Assembly (NCBI GenBank): GCA_009391535.1 | Contig: VFHP01000013.1 | Span: forward strand, 16 to 64,015 | Length of the DNA stretch: 64,000 nt | Direction: 5' to 3' | From: SAR202 cluster bacterium | Lineage (GTDB): Bacteria > Chloroflexota > Dehalococcoidia > Lucifugimonadales > UBA2985 | Translations under genes and position numbers: made by a program | The notes under the pieces: generated by a model | Seen by the model: the letters and a program-made list of their open reading frames with translations, nothing else | Databases searched by the model: none | What the model was told of the DNA's origin: nothing | Shown here: one piece after another, positions 30,469 through 39,926 of the stretch | Layout: each line of letters starts with the position of its first letter | How positions within the stretch are numbered: the stretch's first letter is position 1

Positions 30469-30546
30469 TTTTATACCTTTCCAATAAAGACCGACTTTCT
30501 CATGCTTTATTATAGCATGTGGAGTACCGAAGTGCAACCGAAATCT

Positions 30547-31551
30547 CTAAAATAATCCTAAAGTTTTGTTTGTTAACTCAATGCTAGCTGATGAGCTGGT
30601 TCCCATGAGGCATCTTATAGCGTCAATGTTTTCTGGGACAACATCGCTTTCTTGGTGAACGGCTTGTATGTATAAAAGCTTATTCCCCCAAACTCCCATA
30701 GTTTCCTCCCAAACGCAAACCTCTGGCATGTCACCCCTACTGTTCCCTAAGTCTTTTGCGTATTCCATAATCTCAGCGGTAGATCGTATGCCGTCAGAGT
30801 TTTTGACTACCCTGACTCTAGTAGATGCATCAAAAAGTCCAACAACACCATCAACACTAGGCTTTTTATTAAGATCAACCGTTATGCTGTGGAGATGCAT
30901 CAGTGTGGTTGGTACAGATATTGAAGTTGTAAAAATTTCCATATCCTCAAGAACTGTTCTTACGTCTGGCCCGTGATGGGATGGTACGATTAAGTGCGGA
31001 ACAAGGGCGTTAACGGGGCCATGATATATATCCCAAGGGTCAGCAGCTCTTCGTATCATAGTCGCATGAACTTTATCTACCCCGTATTTCCAATGTAATG
31101 CGTCTAGAGTCCTACAAAGCCCTGTTGTGTTACAGCTTACAACACGAATAAACTCATGACCAACGCAATCTTCGTAATTGCATTGAGACACAAAGCTTTT
31201 CCCACATGAGCTTGGCTCTCCACCTTGGAATATAGCCTTGGTATTGTACTTCTTATATCTAGAGGTGTTTCTTTCTGCTGCACCTTTTGGTGTACAGTCA
31301 ACAACTACATCACTTTTGCTTATCAGGTCGTCTACGCTACCAGCTACTCGCAGCCCATGTTCTACATGTACAAATCCTTCAATATCAGAAAAGATTGGGA
31401 TGCCCTTTTCGTGAGCGGTCTTGATCTTAAAATTGTAGCTATTAGCAGTGACCCCTACTAGGTTCATATCTGGTTGCAATAGGACGGCATCGGCTACTCT
31501 TTTACCTATGGTGCCATACCCAAAAACACCGACATTTATATGGGGTTTCAT
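30547..31551 (-). CDS. gap: glyceraldehyde-3-phosphate dehydrogenase, type II (archaeal-type)
   Basis: GYGTIGKRVADAV..QPDM.LVGV, VVSCNTTGL, SHHGPDV, HQESDVVPENIDAIR. Confidence 0.88.
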   Translation of the reverse strand: MKPHINVGVFGYGTIGKRVADAVLLQPDMNLVGVTANSYNFKIKTAHEKGIPIFSDIEGFVHVEHGLRVAGSVDDLISKSDVVVDCTPKGAAERNTSRYKKYNTKAIFQGGEPSSCGKSFVSQCNYEDCVGHEFIRVVSCNTTGLCRTLDALHWKYGVDKVHATMIRRAADPWDIYHGPVNALVPHLIVPSHHGPDVRTVLEDMEIFTTSISVPTTLMHLHSITVDLNKKPSVDGVVGLFDASTRVRVVKNSDGIRSTAEIMEYAKDLGNSRGDMPEVCVWEETMGVWGNKLLYIQAVHQESDVVPENIDAIRCLMGTSSSASIELTNKTLGLF

Positions 31552-31781
31552 TAGAATTCGCCTTTTGTTAAAAAGTCCATGAGCTTAATGTGAGTCCACT
31601 GTACATCGTATTGATCATCAGTAGCTAGTCTGGCAAGCTCAATATAATCCAGTTGAAGTTTTGTTACGACTCTCGCAACAAATTCAGATTTTCCTGAGTT
31701 GACAAGATCTTCTAATATCGCAGCCAGTTTTATTATTGTTTGCTCAGGAGATTCTTGAGGGTCTGAATCTTCAGGAATCAT
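31551..31781 (-). CDS. hypothetical protein
   Basis: TAATG-coupled ORF. Confidence 0.55.
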   Translation of the reverse strand: MIPEDSDPQESPEQTIIKLAAILEDLVNSGKSEFVARVVTKLQLDYIELARLATDDQYDVQWTHIKLMDFLTKGEF

Positions 31782-32302
31782 TACATTTTTTCCATTACCG
31801 AAAGTGGAACTATGTAGTTTAGAGGCTTTCCAGCCCCGTACTTCTTCTTCTTCTTGTGTTTGTCGAAGCTTTCTCTAGTTATCGTTCCCAGAACGTCTAC
31901 TTCTTTTCTACCCCTATCGTACCTAACCAAGGCGTATGTTTTTGGCGGGGTTCTGGTCTCGTATTCGTTGACAGGAATTTTAAGCTCCGGTTCCCCTGCT
32001 CCCATATACGTTATGGTCTTCACTTCAACGCCATCAAAGTCTTCTCCAGAATCTCTTACGGAATATATCTCCTCGTCAACAGGCTCGCCTGTGGCTAGGG
32101 AATACCCAAGCTCCCCAATAACTCCTAGAAAGTGAGCCATATACTGGAAGTCAACCTTCATGTCTTCGGACAGTTTGGTTTTGCTTTCATTGATAAACTT
32201 CTTCGTGTCTTTGTTTCTGAAGGATATGTGTTTTGCGTCATGCCTCATGATGGCAAGTTCTAATGCGTACTTTAATTGTTTTTTACTAAGCTTAAATTTC
32301 AT
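31781..32302 (-). CDS. hypothetical protein, possible PD-(D/E)XK nuclease
   Basis: GE...D.G.D...EVK pattern. Confidence 0.5.
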   Translation of the reverse strand: MKFKLSKKQLKYALELAIMRHDAKHISFRNKDTKKFINESKTKLSEDMKVDFQYMAHFLGVIGELGYSLATGEPVDEEIYSVRDSGEDFDGVEVKTITYMGAGEPELKIPVNEYETRTPPKTYALVRYDRGRKEVDVLGTITRESFDKHKKKKKYGAGKPLNYIVPLSVMEKM

Positions 32303-32726
32303 ATTCCAACAGTTCTATGCCTGCCTCCTTAAACATGTTTCTCGATAGGGCGAATTCTTCGCTCCATCTCTCATTGTTACTTTTATAAGACACAACTCTG
32401 GTTATGCCTGTTTGTATTATCATACCCGCACATTTAGGACAGGGCATGAATGGGTATGTATATATTGTAGCACCCACGGGTGGTTCTGAGCAGAACAACA
32501 ATGCGTTGCACTCAGCGTGTACTATCATTTTATATTTGATTTCACGATTGTCAAGTCTTTTATCGTCAGAAAGTCCTAAAGGGAATCCGTTATATCCAAG
32601 AGAGAGCACTCTCCTGTCCTCATCCACTATTACCGCACCTACTTTCGTGGACGGGTCTTTAGACCAACTCGCTACCAGCTCAGCCATCTCTAAAAACCTG
32701 TTGTCCCACCCGCTATTGATCATCAT
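32292..32726 (-). CDS. dCMP deaminase
   Basis: SKDPSTKVGA, GYNG, HAE, PCPKC. Confidence 0.9.
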   Translation of the reverse strand: MMINSGWDNRFLEMAELVASWSKDPSTKVGAVIVDEDRRVLSLGYNGFPLGLSDDKRLDNREIKYKMIVHAECNALLFCSEPPVGATIYTYPFMPCPKCAGMIIQTGITRVVSYKSNNERWSEEFALSRNMFKEAGIELLEYEI

Positions 32727-33390
32727 TGTCATACCTGTCAACTAATATGTTTAGTTCTGTTGTGATAACGGGCTTCCAAGGTTCTTCTCTTATCACCATA
32801 TCTCTTCTGTCGTAATTACACTTAAGCCAAAAGTTAAAGTCTGGTAGCTTGTACCCTTTATCTTGGTATCGCTGTAGTCTTTTGATGCAAGAGTGGTACT
32901 CGCCCCAAGCGAGGTGGTAATGATTTCCTGTGTAATTAAGTGTCCTGCTTTCTAAGTCGTCAAAAAAACTTTCGCAGTAGTAAAAATCTAGGTTTGAGTC
33001 TATGGCACATGCTGAGACTGTGAAGTCAAAATAGCTAATACATTTCTCTGGAGTTAGGTCGTCTATGTTTGGATAAGTCCAGAATTCCCAAGTGTCCATA
33101 GAGGGTGATAAAAACTGCCTATTGTGACAGTTGTATCCATTGAAAGCTAAAGGACGATTTGGGTAACATGGAAGTGATTCGCAATTGATACAAAAGTTAG
33201 ACATCCTTTCGCTGTCACTCATATTTCTAAAGTATAAGTCTACGTCTCTGCGTTCTTTTTCCAACATGCAGTCCGTGATTGTGCCACCAACAACCCAGAA
33301 GTAAACACCTGAATCTTTCAGGGGGTCAAACATTAACTCCTTAACAAGACTTCTAGCCTTGTTTACTTTTGTTAGATCTTGAGGTCTCAT
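32713..33390 (-). CDS. class II nucleotidyltransferase head domain (CCA/poly(A) polymerase-like)
   Basis: VVGG..TD...RDVDLY, FDFTVSA, R...Y..KGY. Confidence 0.7.
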   Translation of the reverse strand: MRPQDLTKVNKARSLVKELMFDPLKDSGVYFWVVGGTITDCMLEKERRDVDLYFRNMSDSERMSNFCINCESLPCYPNRPLAFNGYNCHNRQFLSPSMDTWEFWTYPNIDDLTPEKCISYFDFTVSACAIDSNLDFYYCESFFDDLESRTLNYTGNHYHLAWGEYHSCIKRLQRYQDKGYKLPDFNFWLKCNYDRRDMVIREEPWKPVITTELNILVDRYDNDDQ

Positions 33391-33983
33391 AATGTTTTTC
33401 TAATCCACAACTGATAGTCTGAATGAATAACTTCAAGCTCGTCTCTAAAGAGGTCTAAAAAATAATCTATTGAATTTTTAGGAAGACCCTTTAATGTTTT
33501 AGACCCCGGAGAATCTGGATATCTTATCCCCATAAGGTAGTCATCAAAGGCGATTATTCCACCGCTTGTTAGTAGCCTGAACGACATGATCGCATCGCTC
33601 AGTACCTGCTTTTCGTCGTGGTTGCCATCAATGTAAATAAAGTCAAAAAAGTTTTTGCTGAAATTTCCTAGATGGTCTGAGGAGCATCCCTTTATTATTT
33701 CAACCTTGTCTTTGTGTCCGCTAGCCGACAGGTTGTTGATGAAAGTTTTGAAGGCTTCCCCAGTCCAGTCAGCCCAAGCGTCTATACACCACAGTCTTGA
33801 GCTATTATGCGTCAGTATGTTCTCAAGCATCCATAAAGCAGACATACCCTCGTAAGAGCCGATCTCAAGAAATTTACAAGGCTTGCCAGCGTAGGGTGAC
33901 AAGAACTTATTAAATTCTCTGATCACAGGTTCTCCGTTTTGTTCGGAAAACCAGTCTTCTGTAAAAGTATATTTACTATCCAT
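33387..33983 (-). CDS. class I SAM methyltransferase (Methyltransf_24-like)
   Basis: LEIGSYEGMS, YIDGNH, GGIIAFDDY. Confidence 0.85.
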   Translation of the reverse strand: MDSKYTFTEDWFSEQNGEPVIREFNKFLSPYAGKPCKFLEIGSYEGMSALWMLENILTHNSSRLWCIDAWADWTGEAFKTFINNLSASGHKDKVEIIKGCSSDHLGNFSKNFFDFIYIDGNHDEKQVLSDAIMSFRLLTSGGIIAFDDYLMGIRYPDSPGSKTLKGLPKNSIDYFLDLFRDELEVIHSDYQLWIRKTL

Positions 33984-34212
33984 TTTCCTTTTCGTATTTA
34001 CCTTCTTCGTATTCTTTTTTATGCTTCTCTACTGATTCAGCTTCATGTACATGTTTGAAATAATGTTTAAATTGCTTGTATAGAGCTTTTACTTGTTCAA
34101 ATGCTTCATTCTCGTCTATCTTGCCGCCCTGTTCTAGATCGCATATAATAGACATTTGTATGTTAAACGCTCTAAATGGATCATCGTACTTCTCAAACTT
34201 ATATTGACTCAT
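33976..34212 (-). CDS. hypothetical protein
   Basis: Coupled ORF. Confidence 0.55.
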   Translation of the reverse strand: MSQYKFEKYDDPFRAFNIQMSIICDLEQGGKIDENEAFEQVKALYKQFKHYFKHVHEAESVEKHKKEYEEGKYEKENG

Positions 34213-34474
34213 CTCTCATATTCCACTTTCTCTGGGCTTCAACCCAATCTTCACCGGAGCCAGAAGCTCCACCGCAAGTCTCGCACTCGTACCAGTACAG
34301 AGATATTGAACTCAAACACTCTGCGCCAGCTTTACCTCCACAAAAGGGGCAGGGAGACAAGACATCATCTAATTCAGTAACTTCTATATTATGTTCTGCA
34401 CACGCAAGGCACCACTTAGGCTTGTTATCAACATCGACAACCTTGCCGCAACAACTTAACTTATATTTAGCCAT
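34199..34474 (-). CDS. Lar-like (restriction alleviation) Zn-finger protein
   Basis: LSPCPFCGG...CETCG...A..KWN.R. Confidence 0.65.
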   Translation of the reverse strand: MAKYKLSCCGKVVDVDNKPKWCLACAEHNIEVTELDDVLSPCPFCGGKAGAECLSSISLYWYECETCGGASGSGEDWVEAQRKWNMRDESI

Positions 34475-35096
34475 TTTTCCAATTTAGTGCCTCTGATGTA
34501 TTAGGGAAATTGTCTATAAAGAGGGACTTGATTGATTCTGCAATATCCCTGTGTTCTCTCTGTGTAGATGGGTCTGTTCTAAGTTGTATGTAGTGAATCC
34601 AGCTACGAACAGTACCATTCATGTACATGCGTGTCTTAGTGTTTAGCGGCAATAGGAACCTAGCAGATTCTTTAGCGATGCCTAACGACAGAGCCGTTTC
34701 GTAATAATAGTTACTAAGTTCTTCAACTTCCTTTACCGCTCCATTAAACCAATCAATAATACCATCCTCTATGTCGTCTATAGAATTTTGTCGGTTTTTA
34801 GTGTCCTGCCTACGTGGTTTAACGTCTTCAAAGCCTTGAGCTTTTGCGTACCTTTGGCTAAACTCCTGAAAAGAAAAGCTTCTATGTCTGAGTATTTGTG
34901 CAGCAATACCACGAGTTGTCTCTATTTCTACAACCATATTGGCCATCTCGAAGATAGACCAATGGCCGTGTTTAATGCAATAACCAAGAAGCTTGGAAAC
35001 GTCTGGGTTGTCTTGGTTTTTAGGGTTGCTTACTCTAGCGCAGTACCCAATTACATTTTCGGCTTCTGGCGTTACCGAGATGAGTTTTGTTTTCAA
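34467..35096 (-). CDS. thyX: flavin-dependent thymidylate synthase
   Basis: [28 protein letters not shown]. Confidence 0.95.
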   Translation of the reverse strand: MKTKLISVTPEAENVIGYCARVSNPKNQDNPDVSKLLGYCIKHGHWSIFEMANMVVEIETTRGIAAQILRHRSFSFQEFSQRYAKAQGFEDVKPRRQDTKNRQNSIDDIEDGIIDWFNGAVKEVEELSNYYYETALSLGIAKESARFLLPLNTKTRMYMNGTVRSWIHYIQLRTDPSTQREHRDIAESIKSLFIDNFPNTSEALNWKNG

Positions 35097-35473
35097 CTTT
35101 CTTCCTTTTGGTTCCTGTTGTATTTATCTGTCAGTCTAACAATGTCGTTCTCGTCACATACGCCAACCTGCATTTCAAAGATAACTAGCATGGACGTGCC
35201 TATATTTTTAACCTGATGCTTAACACCGCTTTTAATTGAGAAAGTATCACCACTAAAGGCACCAGCCTCTATGTCATTTATAATCATCAGCCCGTGACCT
35301 TCTAGGATATACCAAAACTCATCCCGCTTGGAGTGGTATTGGTATGACATCTCTTCTCCGGGGGAAACCTCTATTCTTTTAAAGACTACATTTTTTGTTC
35401 TGTATATATCTGTGTACTGACCCCAAGGTTTAGAAACATGAACCTTGCCATCGTGGATTCTGCTTTTATTCAT
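35093..35473 (-). CDS. cupin, mannose-6-phosphate isomerase type II C-terminal-like
   Basis: [17 protein letters not shown]...N, EMQ.G..E.DIVR. Confidence 0.8.
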   Translation of the reverse strand: MNKSRIHDGKVHVSKPWGQYTDIYRTKNVVFKRIEVSPGEEMSYQYHSKRDEFWYILEGHGLMIINDIEAGAFSGDTFSIKSGVKHQVKNIGTSMLVIFEMQVGVCDENDIVRLTDKYNRNQKEES

Positions 35474-35897
35474 CTTTTGCCCCTTTAGAGTTAGATACAA
35501 GTTCGCTACTGCTTTGAACCTTTCCTCCTCCTGCGTTGTAAACCATCTCGATGCCATACACGTCACATGTGGCGTCCTCTGGTACGTTGTGTTCTTTTCT
35601 ATCTCCACCATTAGCAAAAATGTTTGGACGAAGACGTTCAAGAGCTTTGCATACAGTGTCGTCACTATCATCAACAGAAGAGACTGCATCGACACCTCTA
35701 AAGCCCATCAGTATTTCCCTTCTCTCGTCAAAAGGCATGAACACATAACCTTTCTTTCTTTGGAGCCAATCATCGCTATTGAGTATTACAATAAGCTTTC
35801 CATCTATGCCAGCGAGCTTCTTGGCTGCTCTTATCATTCTTAAGTGTCCCACATGTACTGGGTCAAAGCCTCCACTTATACATACTGTTAAGCCCAT
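35466..35897 (-). CDS. cytidylyltransferase-like nucleotidyltransferase
   Basis: SGGFDPVHVGH, NSD, NGGDR, SSS. Confidence 0.85.
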   Translation of the reverse strand: MGLTVCISGGFDPVHVGHLRMIRAAKKLAGIDGKLIVILNSDDWLQRKKGYVFMPFDERREILMGFRGVDAVSSVDDSDDTVCKALERLRPNIFANGGDRKEHNVPEDATCDVYGIEMVYNAGGGKVQSSSELVSNSKGAKDE

Positions 35898-35898
35898 A

Positions 35899-36951
35899 TT
35901 ACTTTCTCCTTACAACAAATGTGGCGCATTTAGGTAAATCTTTTAGGGTGGGCGCTCCAACATAAGCGCAAGCGCTTCTTATGCCGCCAGTTATCTCCTG
36001 TAGTATTCTTGATACCGAGCCTTTGTAGGGGACTGATTTTACAATGCCTTCAGATGCCCTGTAGGAACCCATTCCCGACCCATGTTTGTTCATAGCTTCT
36101 TCACTTGACATCCCGTAGAACTTTAAGGCGACCTTTTCGCCGCCATCTGAGTATTCCCATTCCCCTTCACACTCATCTGTTCCAGCAAGCATGCCTCCTA
36201 GCATAACAAAGTCCGCTCCAGCAGCGAAAGCTTTAACTACATCGCCAGCTTCTCTGCAACCACCGTCAGCGCATATATGGCCACCCACACCATGGGCAGC
36301 ATCAGCACACTCTATTATAGCTGATAGTTGTGGATATCCACACCCGGTAATCTTTCTTGTAGCACAAACAGACCCCGGCCCGATACCAATCTTAACTATG
36401 TCTGCTCCACCACTAATTAATAGCTCACTTACCATCTCGGGAGTGCAAACATTGCCAGCCATTATAACGGAATGGGGAAATAGGTTTCTGACACGCCTAA
36501 CATGGTCAACAAAAACCTTTTGATATCCGTTGGCTACATCAATACATATTCTTTCTATTCCAAGTCCCACTGACGTGGGGCATCTGGATCGAACAATATC
36601 GTCTACCGCTATGAGTTTCTTAACATCTTCTTCCTTAATTCCTATAGTATACCAAGTGTTTGTACACCACCCAGAGGAAAAGAATCCAGCTAAATCATCT
36701 AGGCTATAGTGTTTATGTAGGGCTGTTTGCATTCCCATTGTTTCAAAACCTTCAAGGGAATTTGACATTGCAAAAGTCCCTGTCGTGTCCATATTGGCAG
36801 CTATTATAGGAATAGTTGATTCCCACCACTTGCAATGGAGATATCTGTAAGATCTTTCAATATCTACGCCAGACCTAGTAGCTAAGGTAGACCTCTTGGG
36901 TTTAATTAAAACGTCATCAAAGTCTAGTTTAATCCCGTCTTCAAACTTCAC
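35899..36951 (-). CDS. guaC: GMP reductase
   Basis: KLDFDDVLIKPKRSTL, ANMD, IDVANGY, GIGPGSVC, YPQLSA, FYGMSS, YRASEG. Confidence 0.92.
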   Translation of the reverse strand: MKFEDGIKLDFDDVLIKPKRSTLATRSGVDIERSYRYLHCKWWESTIPIIAANMDTTGTFAMSNSLEGFETMGMQTALHKHYSLDDLAGFFSSGWCTNTWYTIGIKEEDVKKLIAVDDIVRSRCPTSVGLGIERICIDVANGYQKVFVDHVRRVRNLFPHSVIMAGNVCTPEMVSELLISGGADIVKIGIGPGSVCATRKITGCGYPQLSAIIECADAAHGVGGHICADGGCREAGDVVKAFAAGADFVMLGGMLAGTDECEGEWEYSDGGEKVALKFYGMSSEEAMNKHGSGMGSYRASEGIVKSVPYKGSVSRILQEITGGIRSACAYVGAPTLKDLPKCATFVVRRK

Positions 36952-37100
36952 TATTCCACTCCACTATATTCAAGAAATGCAACCCATAAAAACATCAAGA
37001 TAGCTATACCTAGGTTGAAGTTAGACCTTACGGTTAATCCAAGGATTAGGTTTGTAAAACCGAAGAGGATGCAAAGTCTTTTGCTTAGTTCAAGACTCAT
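36951..37100 (-). CDS. small membrane protein (49 aa)
   Basis: Manual translation MSLELSKRLCILFGFTNLILG...; ATGA overlap with upstream ORF. Confidence 0.45.
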   Translation of the reverse strand: MSLELSKRLCILFGFTNLILGLTVRSNFNLGIAILMFLWVAFLEYSGVE

Positions 37101-37285
37101 GATAGAAACCAGATTAAGGTTAACAAGAAAGCCATTGACATAAAAACTATACCAAGAGTTATAAGCCTAGCCTTCCTCCTCATCCTATCCTTTTCTTCTA
37201 GCCGATCCCTTATATGCTGAGCTGTTGGCCAGTAGCCATCCTTCATAGGATCAAAGCCTAGGTCGTTCCATTCCTTCATGTCCAT
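37097..37285 (-). CDS. small membrane protein
   Basis: C-terminal TM. Confidence 0.5.
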   Translation of the reverse strand: MDMKEWNDLGFDPMKDGYWPTAQHIRDRLEEKDRMRRKARLITLGIVFMSMAFLLTLIWFLS

Positions 37286-37835
37286 CTTTATTTTTGCTTT
37301 CTGTGCTGGTAGATTCCATCAGATTCTTTACCGAACCTTTGCAGAAGCCCTTATCGCCTCTTTCTATTAGCTCTATTATTATACCTCCTAGGAGTGTTTG
37401 AGGCTCAGTAAAAATTTGTCTCAGGTTATCTTCTGGGCAGTCTATGATTTCATCTGACAGAAATCTGACGCCGAGTGACCGAAACTCTTTAACCTTCGCG
37501 TCTATGTCCTGCACGCTATAGGCTAGGTGGTGTATGCCTCCACCGGTTTCCTTGACCCATGTGTCAACGATAGAGCCTTTTGATCCTTGGCTAATAAATA
37601 TCTCTGGAGCCAGATGGTACGACGTTACCGTTGGCCCGACTGCTGGAAAGTCTACTGAGAACTTTTGCGAGCTATGGGATTTCTCTGGAGGAGTCATGGC
37701 GACACACATAGCCTTGGAGTTATCGCTGAAAGTTATTTCAAACTCTTCGGCTTGCGTGTATTTCAGTACGTTCTCAAGGTATTCTACAGTAGCGTCTCGG
37801 TCTTGAACTCTATATGCTATATGGTCAAGTCTCAT
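37251..37835 (-). CDS. VOC-family metalloenzyme resembling the HPPD catalytic domain
   Basis: LDHIA, GGIHHLA, LRQIFT, IELIER..KGF. Confidence 0.75.
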   Translation of the reverse strand: MRLDHIAYRVQDRDATVEYLENVLKYTQAEEFEITFSDNSKAMCVAMTPPEKSHSSQKFSVDFPAVGPTVTSYHLAPEIFISQGSKGSIVDTWVKETGGGIHHLAYSVQDIDAKVKEFRSLGVRFLSDEIIDCPEDNLRQIFTEPQTLLGGIIIELIERGDKGFCKGSVKNLMESTSTESKNKDGHEGMERPRL

Positions 37836-37944
37836 TTTTGCCTTCTTTTGATTACCTTGGTTTCTTCCCACTTTACAAGGAATAATATGAACATCACAAT
37901 TGATATTTCAATTACCCACGCTAAACTTCCAGCCATGACAGCCT

Positions 37945-38652
37945 TCATAGTATTATGTCCTTTAGTATCTCTCTAGTGTGCATCCAGCTATGTACATTAT
38001 AAAATGAGTCACAAACCTGTGATATCGTGTAGTCATTTCCGTTTGGGTGACATCTGTCCCCAAAATATATAGTTTCTCCAGACATGTCCTGTACAACTTG
38101 GGACTTGTCTCTCCCTTTTGGAAAGATGTCTATGCTTATCTCCCCACCTATCATAAATTGTAAGTCTGGGTACTTGGGAGACAGTTCCTTCACTATTCTA
38201 TCTCTCTCTTTGTTAACTAAATCCCAAGTGTAGTATTCTTGCCTCTCTTCGTCAGAGCAATTTCTTCCGATAGTTGAGAAGTTACAGGTGCCTGTTCTTT
38301 GTTCAAGCTTTACTGTAGCTGTGTTACGCCAATGGCTACCTTCGACTATCATTTTCAGATCTTCTTTTAGATCATCTGAAGCGACCCAAGAAGCCGACTT
38401 GATTACAGAGTTTCTTATGTAGAGGACATTACCAGAACATTGGTAGCAACCGTCCCAAGATATATGTCTCCATAGGGAAACGCCTAGTTGCTGAACTGAT
38501 TTTCTCTTATCTGAACCTGTTACCAGAAAAACTTTATGTCCCAAGCTTCTAGCCTCAGTAATCCAACCCCCAAACATTTTACGGAAAGATCTGTTTATAG
38601 ATTTTCTAGACGGTGTGAGAGTTCCATCTACGTCAAATAAAAAGTTAGCCAT
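37945..38652 (-). CDS. HAD-IIB phosphomannomutase (eukaryote-type PMM-like)
   Basis: FDVDGTLT, TGSD, NFSTIGR, GGEISIDIFPKG.DK, FGD....GNDY. Confidence 0.85.
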   Translation of the reverse strand: MANFLFDVDGTLTPSRKSINRSFRKMFGGWITEARSLGHKVFLVTGSDKRKSVQQLGVSLWRHISWDGCYQCSGNVLYIRNSVIKSASWVASDDLKEDLKMIVEGSHWRNTATVKLEQRTGTCNFSTIGRNCSDEERQEYYTWDLVNKERDRIVKELSPKYPDLQFMIGGEISIDIFPKGRDKSQVVQDMSGETIYFGDRCHPNGNDYTISQVCDSFYNVHSWMHTREILKDIIL

Positions 38653-38654
38653 TT

Positions 38655-38873
38655 TTATTCACTATGAAATCCTATTTTTATTTTTTTCTTTCTCTTGTCA
38701 AGCGCCTCTAGGTTGTTCTCATGAAACCATTCCGTGTTTCTAGAGTCTCCATTCCACCAAGCGCACTGGTATTGTATATAGTCGCCAACATGTATTGCTA
38801 CAGACGTAATTGTAGCTTGTATCTCATCGTCTATAACCACCTTTGTTCCCGGTCTCATGACTTGCATATTCAA
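38655..38873 (-). CDS. hypothetical protein
   Basis: Coupled ORF. Confidence 0.55.
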   Translation of the reverse strand: MNMQVMRPGTKVVIDDEIQATITSVAIHVGDYIQYQCAWWNGDSRNTEWFHENNLEALDKRKKKIKIGFHSE

Positions 38874-39127
38874 TCTCCCTGTTCATACTCTATGAGTTCA
38901 ATTCTTTTGTTTGTTGAATATCTATTGGGATCAGCCAACCCTGTATCTAAGCGGCTTGTGAGGGTTATGTAGTACCCTTCATCATCCTTGCACACAACCT
39001 CGTTATACTCAAGTTTAGGCCATGGCTCAGCACTTGTGGGGTCTAGAACCATATCAGAGTGACTACCAAATCGACTTCTGGTAGTAACTTTCTTCCCTGT
39101 TTCGTGTCTGTTTGAACTCTTTGCCAT
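38870..39127 (-). CDS. hypothetical protein
   Basis: AGGAG SD. Confidence 0.55.
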   Translation of the reverse strand: MAKSSNRHETGKKVTTRSRFGSHSDMVLDPTSAEPWPKLEYNEVVCKDDEGYYITLTSRLDTGLADPNRYSTNKRIELIEYEQGD

Positions 39128-39192
39128 TTTATAAGCTCCTGTTTTTCACTGGCGGGTCGATCATGCGAGATACCCGATTAGATAGGCTAGTA

Positions 39193-39396
39193 CTACTCAG
39201 CCTCACGTTTAGCTTCCTTCATTATCTGATACAGCATGCTGACGGATGCGTCTGCGTCTGCGTAAATTCTGCCAACTTCATATTCTGGGTATCTCTTTGC
39301 CATCGTGTTATGCGCTGACTCCATAGTTTCCGCATTTACTTTTCTCACTTTTCCCTTCCCTGTTGTTTTGTGAGTTAGGTTTACTATATATTTCAT
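39193..39396 (-). CDS. hypothetical protein
   Basis: AAGG SD. Confidence 0.55.
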   Translation of the reverse strand: MKYIVNLTHKTTGKGKVRKVNAETMESAHNTMAKRYPEYEVGRIYADADASVSMLYQIMKEAKREAE

Positions 39397-39414
39397 GTGT
39401 CTTTACCTTTGTAG

Positions 39415-39448
39415 AAAAAAATGCACTGGTGGCGGGAACCACCAGTGC
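39415..39448 (-). terminator. intrinsic terminator
   Basis: GCACTGGTGG-loop-CCACCAGTGC followed by ATTTTTTT. Confidence 0.8.
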
Positions 39449-39455
39449 TTGACGC

Positions 39456-39905
39456 TTACTTCTTGGCTATTCTGTCATCAGCAACTTTGTATGGTGCTGG
39501 CAGATACCTCAAAGGTAGCGGGTCGTCCACCCCGTCAACCCTAGCCGGAGGCTTTGGTGGAGCAGGTAATCCCTTTGGAGGGATGACGACAGAGGGCGGC
39601 TTAATTTCATACATTTCTGCTGGTTCGAGATGAATCCTAGGAGGAACATAACGAAAGCGTCTTTGTGGAACACAGATCCTTGCTCTAAATGGTGCAGTAA
39701 TTAGCTCACCTAGACCTTCCACTGTGGTATGAACACCATCCACCACATTCTTGCCGGTATCCTTAATAAAGATTCCCGTACCGTGCAAGACATCAATTGG
39801 AGTGAAGCATTTAAACTCAACCCCTCGTCGCTGGTTGCCTGCAAAGCAGTCGTTAGCAAACCCGCAGATAGCAATAACAGCGATGAACGTTCTAAAAAAT
39901 CTCAT
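39456..39905 (-). CDS. signal-peptide, Pro-rich protein
   Basis: MRFFRTFIAVIAICGFANDCFA signal peptide; Pro-rich tail. Confidence 0.6.
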   Translation of the reverse strand: MRFFRTFIAVIAICGFANDCFAGNQRRGVEFKCFTPIDVLHGTGIFIKDTGKNVVDGVHTTVEGLGELITAPFRARICVPQRRFRYVPPRIHLEPAEMYEIKPPSVVIPPKGLPAPPKPPARVDGVDDPLPLRYLPAPYKVADDRIAKK

Positions 39906-39926
39906 TATACTTTAACCTTTCTATAA

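Noticed and set aside
35474-35695. N-terminal extension of the cupin ORF (possible frameshift fusion with the cytidylyltransferase)
   Set aside because: A normal overlapping start at 35473 explains it; no slippery sequence evident
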